Assembly (NCBI RefSeq): GCF_044324785.1
Contig: NZ_CP172127.1
Strand: one strand, 5' to 3'
Source of the DNA: Escherichia coli
GTDB taxonomy: Bacteria; Pseudomonadota; Gammaproteobacteria; Enterobacterales; Enterobacteriaceae
Length of the DNA stretch: 64,000 nucleotides
The notes beneath the pieces are model-generated. The model had not been told where the DNA came from. It was given only the letters and a program-made list of their open reading frames with translations, and did not search any database. Position 1 is the stretch's first letter; each line of letters starts with the position of its first letter. Below, piece by piece: positions 39,100 to 55,695 of this stretch. Made by a program: the position numbers and the translations under genes.

Positions 39100-39981
39100 A
39101 TGGATCTGCGCCGTTTTATTACGCTTAAAACCGTGGTGGAAGAGGGTTCCTTTTTGCGAGCTTCGCAAAAATTGTGCTGTACACAATCGACGGTGACTTT
39201 TCATATTCAGCAGCTTGAACAGGAGTTCTCGGTACAGTTGTTTGAGAAAATTGGTCGACGGATGTGCCTCACTCGCGAAGGAAAAAAGCTGCTGCCGCAC
39301 ATCTATGAACTTACCCGAGTGATGGATACGCTTCGTGAGGCTGCCAAAAAAGAGTCGGATCCGGACGGGGAACTACGCGTTGTTTCGGGCGAAACGTTGC
39401 TCTCTTACCGAATGCCGCAGGTGTTGCAGCGTTTTCGGCAACGTGCACCAAAAGTACGTTTATCGCTGCAGTCGCTGAACTGTTACGTGATCCGTGATGC
39501 ACTACTGAATGATGAGGCCGATGTTGGCGTCTTTTATCGCGTAGGAAATGATGATGCTTTGAACCGACGAGAGTTGGGTGAACAATCGCTGGTGCTGGTG
39601 GCTTCACCACAAATTGCAGATGTCGATTTTACTGAGCCGGGAAGACATAACGCCTGTAGCTTTATTATCAACGAACCGCAATGTGTCTTCCGGCAGATAT
39701 TTGAGAGCACGCTGCGACAGCGGCGGATCACGGTGGAAAACACCATTGAGCTTATAAGTATCGAAAGCATCAAGCGTTGTGTCGCGGCGAATATCGGGGT
39801 CAGTTACTTGCCGCGCTTTGCGGTGGCAAAAGAGCTTGAGAGCGGAGAATTAATTGAATTGCCTTTTGGCGAACAGTCGCAGACCATTACGGCCATGTGC
39901 GCACACCATGCTGGAAAAGCGGTTAGCCCGGCGATGCACACTTTTATTCAGTGTGTTGAAGAGTGTTTTTTGCCGGGATAA
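39100..39981 (+). CDS. yfiE: LysR-type transcriptional regulator YfiE
   Basis: Start at MDLRRFITLKTVVEEGSF giving 293 aa; N-terminal HTH; divergent from eamB. Confidence 0.85.
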   Translation: MDLRRFITLKTVVEEGSFLRASQKLCCTQSTVTFHIQQLEQEFSVQLFEKIGRRMCLTREGKKLLPHIYELTRVMDTLREAAKKESDPDGELRVVSGETLLSYRMPQVLQRFRQRAPKVRLSLQSLNCYVIRDALLNDEADVGVFYRVGNDDALNRRELGEQSLVLVASPQIADVDFTEPGRHNACSFIINEPQCVFRQIFESTLRQRRITVENTIELISIESIKRCVAANIGVSYLPRFAVAKELESGELIELPFGEQSQTITAMCAHHAGKAVSPAMHTFIQCVEECFLPG

Positions 39982-40016
39982 AAATAATGCCGGGCTTAAA
40001 CCCGGCATTGAAATTA
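39981..40016 (-). terminator. srmB terminator (between convergent yfiE and srmB)
   Basis: ATGCCGGGCTTAAACCCGGCAT hairpin with a T-run on the minus strand. Confidence 0.7.
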
Positions 40017-41348
40017 CTCTTCTGTCGTTTGCGGTGGCACGCCCGTTCCGCTTGGTTTACGGCGCTTACCAATATTTTTGGTGTCGCGATGGCGTTTTTT
40101 CACCCGCGGCTTCTCTTTCTCTTTAGCTTTTTTCTTCTCGGCACGTTTAGCCAGTACTTTCTTCGATGGCTTGCCGGTCTGCTTTTCGCTTGGCGCACGC
40201 GTTTTCGGGCGTAACTCATCAATAACGCGAGCTTTAATTGGCTCTTCAATATAGCGGCCTACTTTGCCCAGCAGCAGATGGTCATGAGCTTCAACCAGCG
40301 AAATCGCTGTTCCCTTACGACCGGCGCGCGCGGTACGTCCGATACGGTGCAAATAAGTATCACCACTGCGCGGCATATCGAAGTTAAAGACGTGGCTGAC
40401 GTCTGGAATGTCGATACCGCGTGCAGCAACGTCGGTGGCAACCAGTACGTTTACGCGGCCTTCGGTCAGACGTTTAATCGCTTCGTTACGCTTACCTTGT
40501 ACCATCTCGCCTTCGAGATAGCAGTTGTTGATGCCCGCTTCGCGCAGCCAGTTTGCCAGCTCATGCACACGCTCACGCTTACGCACAAATACGATTGAGC
40601 GAGTCGCTTCCGGCTGTTTTAACAGGTGCACCAGCAACGCGGTTTTATGTTCCAGGTCATCGGCGCGGTAATACCACTGATGAATTTTTTTGCGCTCACG
40701 GGTGGAGGGATGGGCAGAAACTTCCACCGGATCTTCCAGCAGACGCTCGGCAAAGTCCTGAATCGCATCGCCTTCCAGCGTTGCCGAAAAGAGCAGGGTC
40801 TGTTTACGCCAGCGAGTTTCGCCAGCAATATGTTCGATATCCTGAGCGAAGCCCATATCCAGCATACGGTCAGCTTCGTCGAGGATCAGCGTTTCAACTG
40901 CGCGGCAATCGAAGTTCTCTTCTTTTATGTATTGCAGCAGACGTCCGGTCGTGGCGACCACGATGTCCTGGTTTTCGCTGAAAACTTCTGCGTGGTTCAT
41001 ATAGGCCACGCCGCCGGTGATAGTGGCGATATCCAGATGCGTATGTTTCGCCAGTTCGCGGGCATGATCGGCCACCTGCATCGCCAGCTCGCGAGTTGGG
41101 GTGAGGATCAAAATACGCGGCGGACCGGATTTCTTACGTGGGAAATCGAGCAGGTGCTGCAACGCTGGCAGCAGATACGCCGCCGTTTTACCGGTGCCTG
41201 TCGGCGCAGAACCGAGTACATCACGGCCATCGAGCGCAGGCGGAATGGCGGCAGCCTGAATGGCGGTCGGGCGAGTGAAACCTTTATCCTGGAGGGCTTC
41301 CAGCAGGCTTTCGTCGAGTTCAAGTTCGGAAAAAGTCGTTACAGTCAT
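40014..41348 (-). CDS. srmB: ATP-dependent DEAD-box RNA helicase SrmB
   Basis: 444 aa; [14 protein letters not shown] and SAT motifs; basic C-terminal tail. Confidence 0.95.
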   Translation of the reverse strand: MTVTTFSELELDESLLEALQDKGFTRPTAIQAAAIPPALDGRDVLGSAPTGTGKTAAYLLPALQHLLDFPRKKSGPPRILILTPTRELAMQVADHARELAKHTHLDIATITGGVAYMNHAEVFSENQDIVVATTGRLLQYIKEENFDCRAVETLILDEADRMLDMGFAQDIEHIAGETRWRKQTLLFSATLEGDAIQDFAERLLEDPVEVSAHPSTRERKKIHQWYYRADDLEHKTALLVHLLKQPEATRSIVFVRKRERVHELANWLREAGINNCYLEGEMVQGKRNEAIKRLTEGRVNVLVATDVAARGIDIPDVSHVFNFDMPRSGDTYLHRIGRTARAGRKGTAISLVEAHDHLLLGKVGRYIEEPIKARVIDELRPKTRAPSEKQTGKPSKKVLAKRAEKKKAKEKEKPRVKKRHRDTKNIGKRRKPSGTGVPPQTTEE

Positions 41349-41479
41349 GTTCTACCTCTGTGTGGGGCGCTGATTATAGACGTTACGGCTGCAATCTTCA
41401 TCTGTTTGTATGGATATCGCTTCTCGGGTATTGTTCTCACCCGGTGCTATCGCCGTTTTTCCTGCAAGGTTTTATTTTC

Positions 41480-43833
<2,354 letters not shown>

Positions 43834-44121
43834 TTAATTTACTAAACACGGTTTGGTCAGCATAGCATCATGTTGTGCGAATAAACACCTGCTATTTTAA
43901 TATTTGTTACAGTTGCTAAACACGCTGACGCAGGGCGGCGAGAAAAAGAGAAGTTACTGGCTGGTGGAGGATTAGGTGGTGAAATAAAAAGGCCGTTGGG
44001 TTACTCTTCAGGCAGTTAAATGGGCATTTCTACACAGATAATGCGATGTTCAGATTCTGTAGACTTATAATGATAGATAATGATCCGTCTACAGCATGAC
44101 AAACAAAAACAGATGCGTTAC

Positions 44122-44149
44122 GGAACTTTACAAAAACGAGACACTCTAA
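44122..44149 (+). promoter_or_regulatory. Sigma-E-dependent (autoregulated) rpoE promoter
   Basis: GGAACTT, 16 nt spacer, TCTAA: matches the sigma-E consensus. Confidence 0.8.
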
Positions 44150-44231
44150 CCCTTTGCTTGCTCAAATTGCAGCTAATGGAGTGGCGTTTCGATAGCGCGT
44201 GGAAATTTGGTTTGGGGAGACTTTACCTCGG

Positions 44232-44807
44232 ATGAGCGAGCAGTTAACGGACCAGGTCCTGGTTGAACGGGTCCAGAAGGGAGATCAGAAAGCCTTTAAC
44301 TTACTGGTAGTGCGCTATCAGCATAAAGTGGCGAGTCTGGTTTCCCGCTATGTGCCGTCGGGTGATGTTCCCGATGTGGTACAAGAAGCTTTTATTAAAG
44401 CCTATCGTGCGCTGGATTCGTTCCGGGGAGATAGCGCTTTTTATACATGGCTGTATCGGATTGCTGTAAATACAGCAAAAAATTACCTGGTTGCTCAGGG
44501 GCGTCGTCCACCTTCCAGTGATGTGGATGCCATTGAAGCTGAAAACTTCGAAAGTGGCGGCGCGTTGAAAGAAATTTCGAACCCTGAGAACTTAATGTTG
44601 TCAGAAGAACTGAGACAGATAGTTTTCCGAACTATTGAGTCCCTCCCGGAAGATTTACGCATGGCAATAACCTTGCGGGAGCTGGATGGCCTGAGCTATG
44701 AAGAGATAGCCGCTATCATGGATTGTCCGGTAGGTACGGTGCGTTCACGTATCTTCCGAGCGAGGGAAGCTATTGATAACAAAGTTCAACCGCTTATCAG
44801 GCGTTGA
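44232..44807 (+). CDS. rpoE: ECF sigma factor sigma-E (sigma-24)
   Basis: 191 aa MSEQLTDQVLVERVQKGDQKAFNLLVVRYQHKV... Confidence 0.95.
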   Translation: MSEQLTDQVLVERVQKGDQKAFNLLVVRYQHKVASLVSRYVPSGDVPDVVQEAFIKAYRALDSFRGDSAFYTWLYRIAVNTAKNYLVAQGRRPPSSDVDAIEAENFESGGALKEISNPENLMLSEELRQIVFRTIESLPEDLRMAITLRELDGLSYEEIAAIMDCPVGTVRSRIFRAREAIDNKVQPLIRR

Positions 44808-44839
44808 CGATAGCGGGATACTGGATAAGGGTATTAGGC

Positions 44840-45490
44840 ATGCAGAAAGAACAACTTTCCGCTTTAATGGATGGCGAAACGCTGGATAGTGAGCTGCTTA
44901 ACGAACTGGCTCATAACCCAGAAATGCAGAAAACCTGGGAAAGCTATCACTTAATCCGTGACTCAATGCGGGGTGATACTCCCGAGGTGCTCCATTTCGA
45001 TATCTCTTCACGCGTGATGGCCGCCATTGAAGAAGAGCCAGTACGTCAACCGGCGACATTGATCCCGGAAGCCCAGCCTGCGCCGCATCAATGGCAGAAA
45101 ATGCCATTCTGGCAGAAAGTACGTCCGTGGGCGGCACAGCTTACCCAAATGGGCGTAGCAGCATGCGTATCGCTTGCAGTTATCGTTGGCGTCCAGCACT
45201 ATAATGGACAATCTGAAACGTCCCAGCAGCCCGAAACGCCGGTATTTAATACACTGCCGATGATGGGTAAAGCCAGCCCGGTTAGTCTGGGAGTACCTTC
45301 TGAAGCGACCGCAAATAATGGTCAACAGCAGCAGGTACAGGAGCAGCGTCGTCGCATTAATGCAATGTTGCAGGATTACGAACTGCAACGCCGACTCCAC
45401 TCTGAACAGCTTCAGTTTGAGCAGGCACAAACTCAGCAAGCCGCTGTACAGGTGCCAGGAATTCAAACTTTAGGAACGCAATCGCAGTAA
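44840..45490 (+). CDS. rseA: Anti-sigma-E factor RseA
   Basis: 216 aa MQKEQLSALMDGETLDSELLNELAHNPEMQKTWESYH... Confidence 0.95.
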   Translation: MQKEQLSALMDGETLDSELLNELAHNPEMQKTWESYHLIRDSMRGDTPEVLHFDISSRVMAAIEEEPVRQPATLIPEAQPAPHQWQKMPFWQKVRPWAAQLTQMGVAACVSLAVIVGVQHYNGQSETSQQPETPVFNTLPMMGKASPVSLGVPSEATANNGQQQQVQEQRRRINAMLQDYELQRRLHSEQLQFEQAQTQQAAVQVPGIQTLGTQSQ

Positions 45491-46446
45491 TGAAGCAACT
45501 TTGGTTTGCCATGTCATTAGTGACAGGTAGCCTGTTATTCTCTGCTAACGCCTCGGCCACTCCCGCGTCCGGGGCGTTATTACAGCAGATGAACCTGGCC
45601 AGTCAGTCACTGAATTACGAGCTGTCATTTATCAGCATCAATAAACAGGGTGTTGAGTCTCTGCGTTATCGACATGCACGCCTCGATAACCGTCCTCTTG
45701 CACAATTGTTGCAAATGGATGGCCCGCGCCGGGAAGTGGTACAGCGCGGCAATGAAATCAGCTATTTTGAACCGGGACTTGAACCGTTCACGCTTAATGG
45801 CGATTACATTGTTGATTCTCTGCCATCGCTCATCTATACCGATTTCAAACGCCTTTCTCCTTACTACGACTTTATCTCCGTCGGGCGCACGCGTATTGCT
45901 GATCGTCTTTGCGAAGTCATTCGCGTGGTTGCCCGAGATGGTACACGCTACAGCTACATCGTGTGGATGGACACCGAATCGAAATTACCGATGCGGGTTG
46001 ATCTCCTTGATCGCGATGGTGAAACGCTGGAACAATTTCGCGTGATTGCTTTTAACGTCAATCAGGATATCGGCAGCAGTATGCAGACGCTGGCGAAGGC
46101 AAATTTGCCGCCGTTGCTTTCTGTTCCTGTAGGTGAAAAAGCTAAATTCAGCTGGACGCCAACCTGGTTGCCACAGGGTTTTAGCGAAGTTTCCAGTAGT
46201 CGACGTCCGCTACCGACGATGGACAACATGCCTATCGAATCACGTCTCTATTCCGACGGATTATTCAGCTTCTCGGTAAACGTTAACCGCGCTACGCCAT
46301 CGAGCACCGATCAGATGTTGCGCACCGGGCGCAGAACCGTCAGTACAAGCGTACGTGATAACGCCGAAATCACCATTGTCGGTGAACTGCCGCCGCAAAC
46401 GGCGAAACGCATTGCCGAGAATATTAAGTTCGGGGCAGCGCAATGA
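45490..46446 (+). CDS. rseB: Sigma-E regulatory protein RseB
   Basis: 318 aa with signal peptide; stop/start overlap with rseA. Confidence 0.95.
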   Translation: MKQLWFAMSLVTGSLLFSANASATPASGALLQQMNLASQSLNYELSFISINKQGVESLRYRHARLDNRPLAQLLQMDGPRREVVQRGNEISYFEPGLEPFTLNGDYIVDSLPSLIYTDFKRLSPYYDFISVGRTRIADRLCEVIRVVARDGTRYSYIVWMDTESKLPMRVDLLDRDGETLEQFRVIAFNVNQDIGSSMQTLAKANLPPLLSVPVGEKAKFSWTPTWLPQGFSEVSSSRRPLPTMDNMPIESRLYSDGLFSFSVNVNRATPSSTDQMLRTGRRTVSTSVRDNAEITIVGELPPQTAKRIAENIKFGAAQ

Positions 46447-46922
46447 TCAAAGAGTGGGCTACCGTCGTCTCCTGGGAAAACGGGCAGGCGCTGGTTAGTT
46501 GTGATGTTAAAGCCTCATGCAGCAGCTGCGCTTCACGCGCCGGTTGCGGTAGCCGCGTGTTGAATAAACTTGGCCCGCAAACCACGCATACCATTGTCGT
46601 ACCCTGTGATGAGCCGTTAGTGCCGGGGCAAAAAGTGGAATTGGGGATCGCCGAAGGCAGCCTGCTTAGCTCCGCATTACTGGTTTATATGTCGCCGCTG
46701 GTGGGATTATTTCTCATCGCTTCGCTATTTCAGCTACTCTTTGCTTCAGATATTGCAGCATTATGCGGTGCGATTCTCGGTGGCGTTGGTGGATTCCTGA
46801 TTGCACGTGGCTGCTCTCGAAAGTTTGCTGCCCGGTCTGAATGGCAACCGATCATCTTAAGCGTGGCATTGCCGCCTGGCCTTGTGCGATTTGAAACATC
46901 TTCGGAAGACGCGAGCCAGTGA
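46443..46922 (+). CDS. rseC: Sigma-E regulatory protein RseC
   Basis: 159 aa, membrane protein with Cys-rich N-terminus. Confidence 0.9.
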   Translation: MIKEWATVVSWENGQALVSCDVKASCSSCASRAGCGSRVLNKLGPQTTHTIVVPCDEPLVPGQKVELGIAEGSLLSSALLVYMSPLVGLFLIASLFQLLFASDIAALCGAILGGVGGFLIARGCSRKFAARSEWQPIILSVALPPGLVRFETSSEDASQ

Positions 46923-47119
46923 TTTCACTGGCTTTGTTGCATTTTGCATAACAAATGCGAGGACGTTTCCAGATACCACAATCCATACGGTATGAACATT
47001 TCCTCGCCTCAATGTTGTAGTGTAGAATGCGGCGTTTCTATTAATACAGACGTTAAGCTCAGAACAGCGACTTCTAAAAGCCTGGTTAACCGGGCATTAA
47101 GGCACAATAATCATACTTT

Positions 47120-48919
<1,800 letters not shown>

Positions 48920-48934
48920 CCCTTAGGAGTTGGC

Positions 48935-49909
48935 ATGGCGAATATGTTTGCCCTGATTCTGGTGATTGCCACACTGGTGACGGGCATTTTATGGTGCGTG
49001 GATAAATTCTTTTTCGCACCTAAACGGCGGGAACGTCAGGCAGCGGCGCAGGCGGCTGCCGGTGACTCACTGGATAAAGCAACACTGAAAAAGGTTGCGC
49101 CGAAGCCTGGCTGGCTGGAAACTGGTGCTTCTGTTTTTCCTGTGCTGGCTATCGTATTGATTGTGCGTTCGTTTATTTATGAACCGTTCCAGATCCCGTC
49201 AGGTTCGATGATGCCGACTCTGTTAATCGGTGATTTTATTCTGGTAGAGAAGTTTGCTTATGGCATTAAAGATCCTATCTACCAGAAAACGCTGATCGAA
49301 ACCGGTCATCCGAAACGCGGCGATATCGTGGTCTTTAAATATCCGGAAGATCCAAAGCTTGATTACATCAAGCGCGCGGTGGGTTTACCGGGCGATAAAG
49401 TCACTTATGATCCGGTCTCAAAAGAGCTGACGATTCAACCGGGATGCAGTTCCGGCCAGGCATGTGAAAACGCGCTGCCGGTCACCTACTCAAACGTGGA
49501 ACCGAGCGATTTCGTTCAGACCTTCTCACGCCGTAATGGTGGGGAAGCGACCAGCGGATTCTTTGAAGTGCCGAAAAACGAAACCAAAGAAAATGGAATT
49601 CGTCTTTCCGAGCGTAAAGAGACACTGGGTGATGTGACGCACCGCATTCTGACAGTGCCGATTGCGCAGGACCAGGTGGGGATGTATTACCAGCAGCCAG
49701 GGCAACAACTGGCAACCTGGATTGTTCCGCCGGGACAATACTTCATGATGGGTGACAACCGCGACAACAGCGCGGACAGCCGTTACTGGGGCTTTGTGCC
49801 GGAAGCGAATCTGGTCGGTCGGGCAACGGCTATCTGGATGAGCTTCGATAAGCAAGAAGGCGAATGGCCGACAGGTGTGCGCTTAAGTCGCATTGGCGGC
49901 ATCCATTAA
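48935..49909 (+). CDS. lepB: Signal peptidase I
   Basis: 324 aa, catalytic GDNRDNSADSRYWG box. Confidence 0.95.
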   Translation: MANMFALILVIATLVTGILWCVDKFFFAPKRRERQAAAQAAAGDSLDKATLKKVAPKPGWLETGASVFPVLAIVLIVRSFIYEPFQIPSGSMMPTLLIGDFILVEKFAYGIKDPIYQKTLIETGHPKRGDIVVFKYPEDPKLDYIKRAVGLPGDKVTYDPVSKELTIQPGCSSGQACENALPVTYSNVEPSDFVQTFSRRNGGEATSGFFEVPKNETKENGIRLSERKETLGDVTHRILTVPIAQDQVGMYYQQPGQQLATWIVPPGQYFMMGDNRDNSADSRYWGFVPEANLVGRATAIWMSFDKQEGEWPTGVRLSRIGGIH

Positions 49910-50151
49910 TAGCCCATCTTCGTTCACGTTGTCGCCGTTATGGCGACAACGTGAATTATTTATGAGATAAATCTCCCGTGGCTAACGACATCCCCCGTCG
50001 TTGTGTATAGAATATTCCCCCGAAGTTTAAGGTTGGCACCTCCAGGTTGCCACGGCACACGAAACAGCGTTGGTCCCCATATACCGGTAAACTGAAACTG
50101 CAGCGAAGCAGTTAGCAGAGCCATGTATATCAGGTCTGTTTCGTGTGCTGA

Positions 50152-51764
<1,613 letters not shown>

Positions 51765-51775
51765 GAGTAACTCCG

Positions 51776-52504
51776 ATGGAAGGCTGGCAGCGCGCATTTG
51801 TCCTGCATAGTCGCCCGTGGAGCGAAACCAGCCTGATGCTGGACGTCTTCACGGAGGAATCGGGTCGCGTGCGTCTGGTTGCCAAAGGCGCACGCTCTAA
51901 ACGCTCTACTCTGAAAGGTGCATTACAGCCTTTCACCCCTCTCTTGCTACGTTTTGGCGGGCGTGGCGAAGTCAAAACGCTGCGCAGTGCTGAAGCTGTC
52001 TCGCTGGCGCTGCCATTAAGCGGTATCACGCTTTACAGCGGTCTGTACATCAACGAACTTCTCTCCCGCGTACTGGAATACGAGACGCGCTTCTCTGAAC
52101 TCTTTTTCGATTACTTGCACTGCATTCAGTCACTTGCAGGTGCCACTGGTACGCCAGAACCCGCGCTGCGCCGCTTTGAACTGGCACTGCTCGGGCATCT
52201 GGGCTATGGCGTCAATTTTACTCATTGTGCGGGTAGCGGCGAGCCGGTAGATGACACCATGACGTATCGTTATCGCGAAGAAAAAGGGTTTATCGCAAGC
52301 GTCGTTATCGACAATAAAACGTTCACCGGAAGGCAGTTAAAAGCGTTAAACGCGCGGGAATTTCCTGACGCAGACACACTGCGCGCCGCGAAACGCTTTA
52401 CCCGCATGGCGCTTAAGCCGTATCTTGGCGGTAAACCATTAAAGAGCAGGGAACTGTTCCGGCAGTTTATGCCTAAGCGAACGGTGAAAACACATTATGA
52501 ATGA
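51776..52504 (+). CDS. recO: DNA repair protein RecO
   Basis: 242 aa, recognised sequence. Confidence 0.95.
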
Positions 52505-52515
52505 TGAGGATTGTC

Positions 52516-53247
52516 ATGGCTGAATTACTGTTAGGCGTCAACATTGACCATATTGCAACGCTGCGTAACGCACGCGGTACTGCTTACCCGGATCCGGTGC
52601 AGGCGGCGTTTATTGCCGAGCAGGCGGGAGCAGACGGCATTACCGTGCATTTACGTGAAGATCGCCGCCACATTACTGACCGCGATGTGCGCATCCTGCG
52701 TCAGACGCTGGATACCCGCATGAATCTGGAGATGGCGGTGACCGAAGAGATGCTGGCGATCGCCGTTGAGACGAAGCCACATTTTTGCTGCCTGGTACCG
52801 GAAAAGCGTCAGGAAGTAACAACCGAAGGCGGCCTGGACGTCGCTGGACAGCGTGAAAAAATGCGCGATGCCTGCAAACGTTTGGCGGAGGCCGGGATCC
52901 TGGTTTCTCTGTTTATCGACGCCGATGAAGAGCAGATCAAAGCTGCGGCAGAGGTTGGCGCACCGTTTATCGAGATCCACACCGGTTGCTATGCTGATGC
53001 CAAAACTGACGCCGAACAGGCGCAAGAGCTTGCGCGTATCGCCAAAGCCGCGACCTTTGCCGCAAGTCTCGGTCTGAAAGTTAACGCCGGACACGGTCTG
53101 ACATATCACAACGTGAAAGCCATTGCCGCCATTCCTGAGATGCACGAACTGAATATCGGTCATGCCATTATTGGTCGTGCAGTGATGACCGGACTGAAAG
53201 ATGCGGTGGCAGAAATGAAGCGTCTGATGCTGGAAGCGCGTGGCTAA
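52516..53247 (+). CDS. pdxJ: Pyridoxine 5'-phosphate synthase
   Basis: 243 aa [21 protein letters not shown]...; the ORF-track start at 52501 is an over-extension. Confidence 0.95.
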   Translation: MAELLLGVNIDHIATLRNARGTAYPDPVQAAFIAEQAGADGITVHLREDRRHITDRDVRILRQTLDTRMNLEMAVTEEMLAIAVETKPHFCCLVPEKRQEVTTEGGLDVAGQREKMRDACKRLAEAGILVSLFIDADEEQIKAAAEVGAPFIEIHTGCYADAKTDAEQAQELARIAKAATFAASLGLKVNAGHGLTYHNVKAIAAIPEMHELNIGHAIIGRAVMTGLKDAVAEMKRLMLEARG

Positions 53248-53627
53248 TGGCAATATTAGGTTTAGGCACGGATATTGTGGAGATCGCTCGCATCGAAGCG
53301 GTGATCACCCGATCCGGTGATCGCCTGGCACGCCGCGTATTAAGCGATAACGAATGGGCTATCTGGAAAACGCACCACCAGCCGGTGCGTTTTCTGGCGA
53401 AGCGTTTTGCTGTGAAAGAAGCGGCGGCAAAAGCGTTTGGCACCGGGATCCGCAATGGTCTGGCGTTTAATCAGTTTGAAGTATTCAATGATGAGCTCGG
53501 CAAACCACGGCTACGGCTATGGGGTGAGGCATTAAAACTGGCGGAAAAGCTCGGCGTTATAAATATGCATGTAACGCTTGCCGATGAGCGCCACTATGCT
53601 TGTGCCACGGTAATTATTGAAAGTTAA
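53247..53627 (+). CDS. acpS: Holo-[acyl-carrier-protein] synthase
   Basis: 126 aa [19 protein letters not shown]... Confidence 0.95.
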   Translation: MAILGLGTDIVEIARIEAVITRSGDRLARRVLSDNEWAIWKTHHQPVRFLAKRFAVKEAAAKAFGTGIRNGLAFNQFEVFNDELGKPRLRLWGEALKLAEKLGVINMHVTLADERHYACATVIIES

Positions 53628-53653
53628 AAATAATACCGTTCTCTTTATAAAGT

Positions 53654-53692
53654 AAAACCCCCGAACTGGTAAGGAACGGGGGTTTTACTTTT
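53654..53692. terminator. acpS terminator, bidirectional
   Basis: AAAACCCCCGAACTGGTAAGGAACGGGGGTTTTACTTTTT. Confidence 0.8.
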
Positions 53693-54048
53693 TAACTTTA
53701 ATTTTGTGCAGCACACGATTCCAACGGAAATGATTATGGATCAATTTCGTTATCCTGTACAAGCAACTTGCAATCTCTGACATAAAAAACGCGAGCCTTT
53801 ACGAAGAAATCGACATTGATGAAAAGATTAACGTGACCGCTTTTTGATAAGTACATTAAAATCGGTTTCGTTATTGGCAATTTTGCTGTGCTTTACACCA
53901 TGCCACTGAATTCCCCCATTGAAACGAGTGGTGTCGTCAAAGCTCTGGTGTGGAGTGCAGCACTCGATTCCAATAACTCGCACGTTCAGTTTTGGGGAGA
54001 TGTAAGGGCTAATCTGAACGGCTGCATTCCTTGTTTAAGGAAAAACGA

Positions 54049-54129
54049 ATGACTGATTGCCGATACCTGATTAAACGGGTCATCAAAATCATCATTGCTG
54101 TTTTACAGCTGATCCTTCTGTTCTTATAA
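54049..54129 (+). CDS. shoB: Type I toxin ShoB (26 aa hydrophobic peptide)
   Basis: ATGACTGATTGCCGATACCTGATTAAACGGGTCATCAAAATCATCATTGCTGTTTTACAGCTGATCCTTCTGTTCTTATAA = MTDCRYLIKRVIKIIIAVLQLILLFL*; absent from the ORF track because of size. Confidence 0.85.
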   Translation: MTDCRYLIKRVIKIIIAVLQLILLFL

Positions 54130-54146
54130 CATAAGGAAACGTACTT

Positions 54147-54186
54147 AAGGCGCGTCAGGTTAACCAGCCAGGCGCGCCTTTAATAA
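54147..54186 (+). terminator. Putative shoB terminator
   Basis: GGCGCGTCAGGTTAACCAGCCAGGCGCGCC inverted repeat followed by TTTAAT. Confidence 0.5.
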
Positions 54187-54322
54187 TTATAAATAAATGT
54201 CTGGGCAGATATTATATAAATTCATTTGGTGAATAATTATGCTAATGTCATCAATTAAATAAATATAATGGCGTTAAGGCTTCCCTGTAAAATAATTAAC
54301 ACTCTACCTCCAGAGTAGAATA

Positions 54323-54619
<297 letters not shown>

Positions 54620-54638
54620 TTATACGCGCATTCTTTAC

Positions 54639-55487
54639 TCAGACCAGTTTTTTCACCAGCGCTTCACTATGACGAATACGTTCTGGTGCCAGTTCCAGAT
54701 CCTGCTGAATCAGCGCAATGAACAGCAAATCCGTTAACATTCCCTGCGCGTGGCAAGCAGAGATTGAAGCACTGTTTGTCGCTTGTTCTTCGGCAATGGT
54801 ATACAGGCAATGAGAAGCACGCTGTTGCAGGGCATTGGGAGTAAAGCCGGTAATCGCCAGCACTTTTCCGCCCACTCGCAGCATCTCATCTGCCGCCAGG
54901 TTTAACTCGCGTCGTACACCGGTGTAGGAAATGGCTAATAACAGATCGTCAGGGGACGACGCCTGTACTGTAGCGAGTAGCGCATGCATATCGCGCACTG
55001 CGGCAGCATTGAAGCCAATCTTCATCAGCTTCCAGGCAAAGTTTTGCGCCACCAGACCCGAAGCGCCAATACCGGTCAGAATTATCCGCCGTGCAGAGCG
55101 CAACATTGCCACGCACTCATGCAGCTTCTCTTCACTATTAACGTTTAGCGTTGCGTACATGGCGGCAGTATTTTCTTTAATCAGTTTTTCGCCGACCAGC
55201 CGTAACGGATCATCACCGCGGATTTGGTTATGAATGGGCACGGAGGGAGATTCCGGCTGGCTTGCCAGCGCTTCACTCAACGCCAACTTAAGTGCCGGAA
55301 AACCTTTATAGCCGAGTTTTTGCGCAAACTTCACGACGCTGGACTGACTGACTCCGGCTTCGTTGGCCAGTTGCTGAGAGCTTAAATGGCGCGCCGTATC
55401 AGGTTGTAGCAGCAGATAATCCGCCAGTTTTTTATCACTCTGGGCAAGCCCCTGGTAACGCTGACGGATACGAAGTAAGCCGTTCAT
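54639..55487 (-). CDS. yfhH: RpiR-family transcriptional regulator YfhH (HTH plus SIS domain)
   Basis: Start at MNGLLRIRQRYQGLAQSDKKLADYLL giving 282 aa; the ORF-track start at 55559 is an over-extension. Confidence 0.8.
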   Translation of the reverse strand: MNGLLRIRQRYQGLAQSDKKLADYLLLQPDTARHLSSQQLANEAGVSQSSVVKFAQKLGYKGFPALKLALSEALASQPESPSVPIHNQIRGDDPLRLVGEKLIKENTAAMYATLNVNSEEKLHECVAMLRSARRIILTGIGASGLVAQNFAWKLMKIGFNAAAVRDMHALLATVQASSPDDLLLAISYTGVRRELNLAADEMLRVGGKVLAITGFTPNALQQRASHCLYTIAEEQATNSASISACHAQGMLTDLLFIALIQQDLELAPERIRHSEALVKKLV

Positions 55488-55695
55488 ATCTTTCCTCGCG
55501 ATGAAATAGTGGCGACAACAGGCAATATGAGACACACGCGAGTGAATTTTATATTCCATTGCCGCTAATTGCCATGAATTAAAAATTCCAGTTAGCCATG
55601 ATGCGGTCGATTGTTGCCGGAAAAGTGATGATCTATCTGTTAGGCTATGTAGTAGCGAAAATTAATCAGGATGTTTCAGTCCAGAGGAGTATGGT

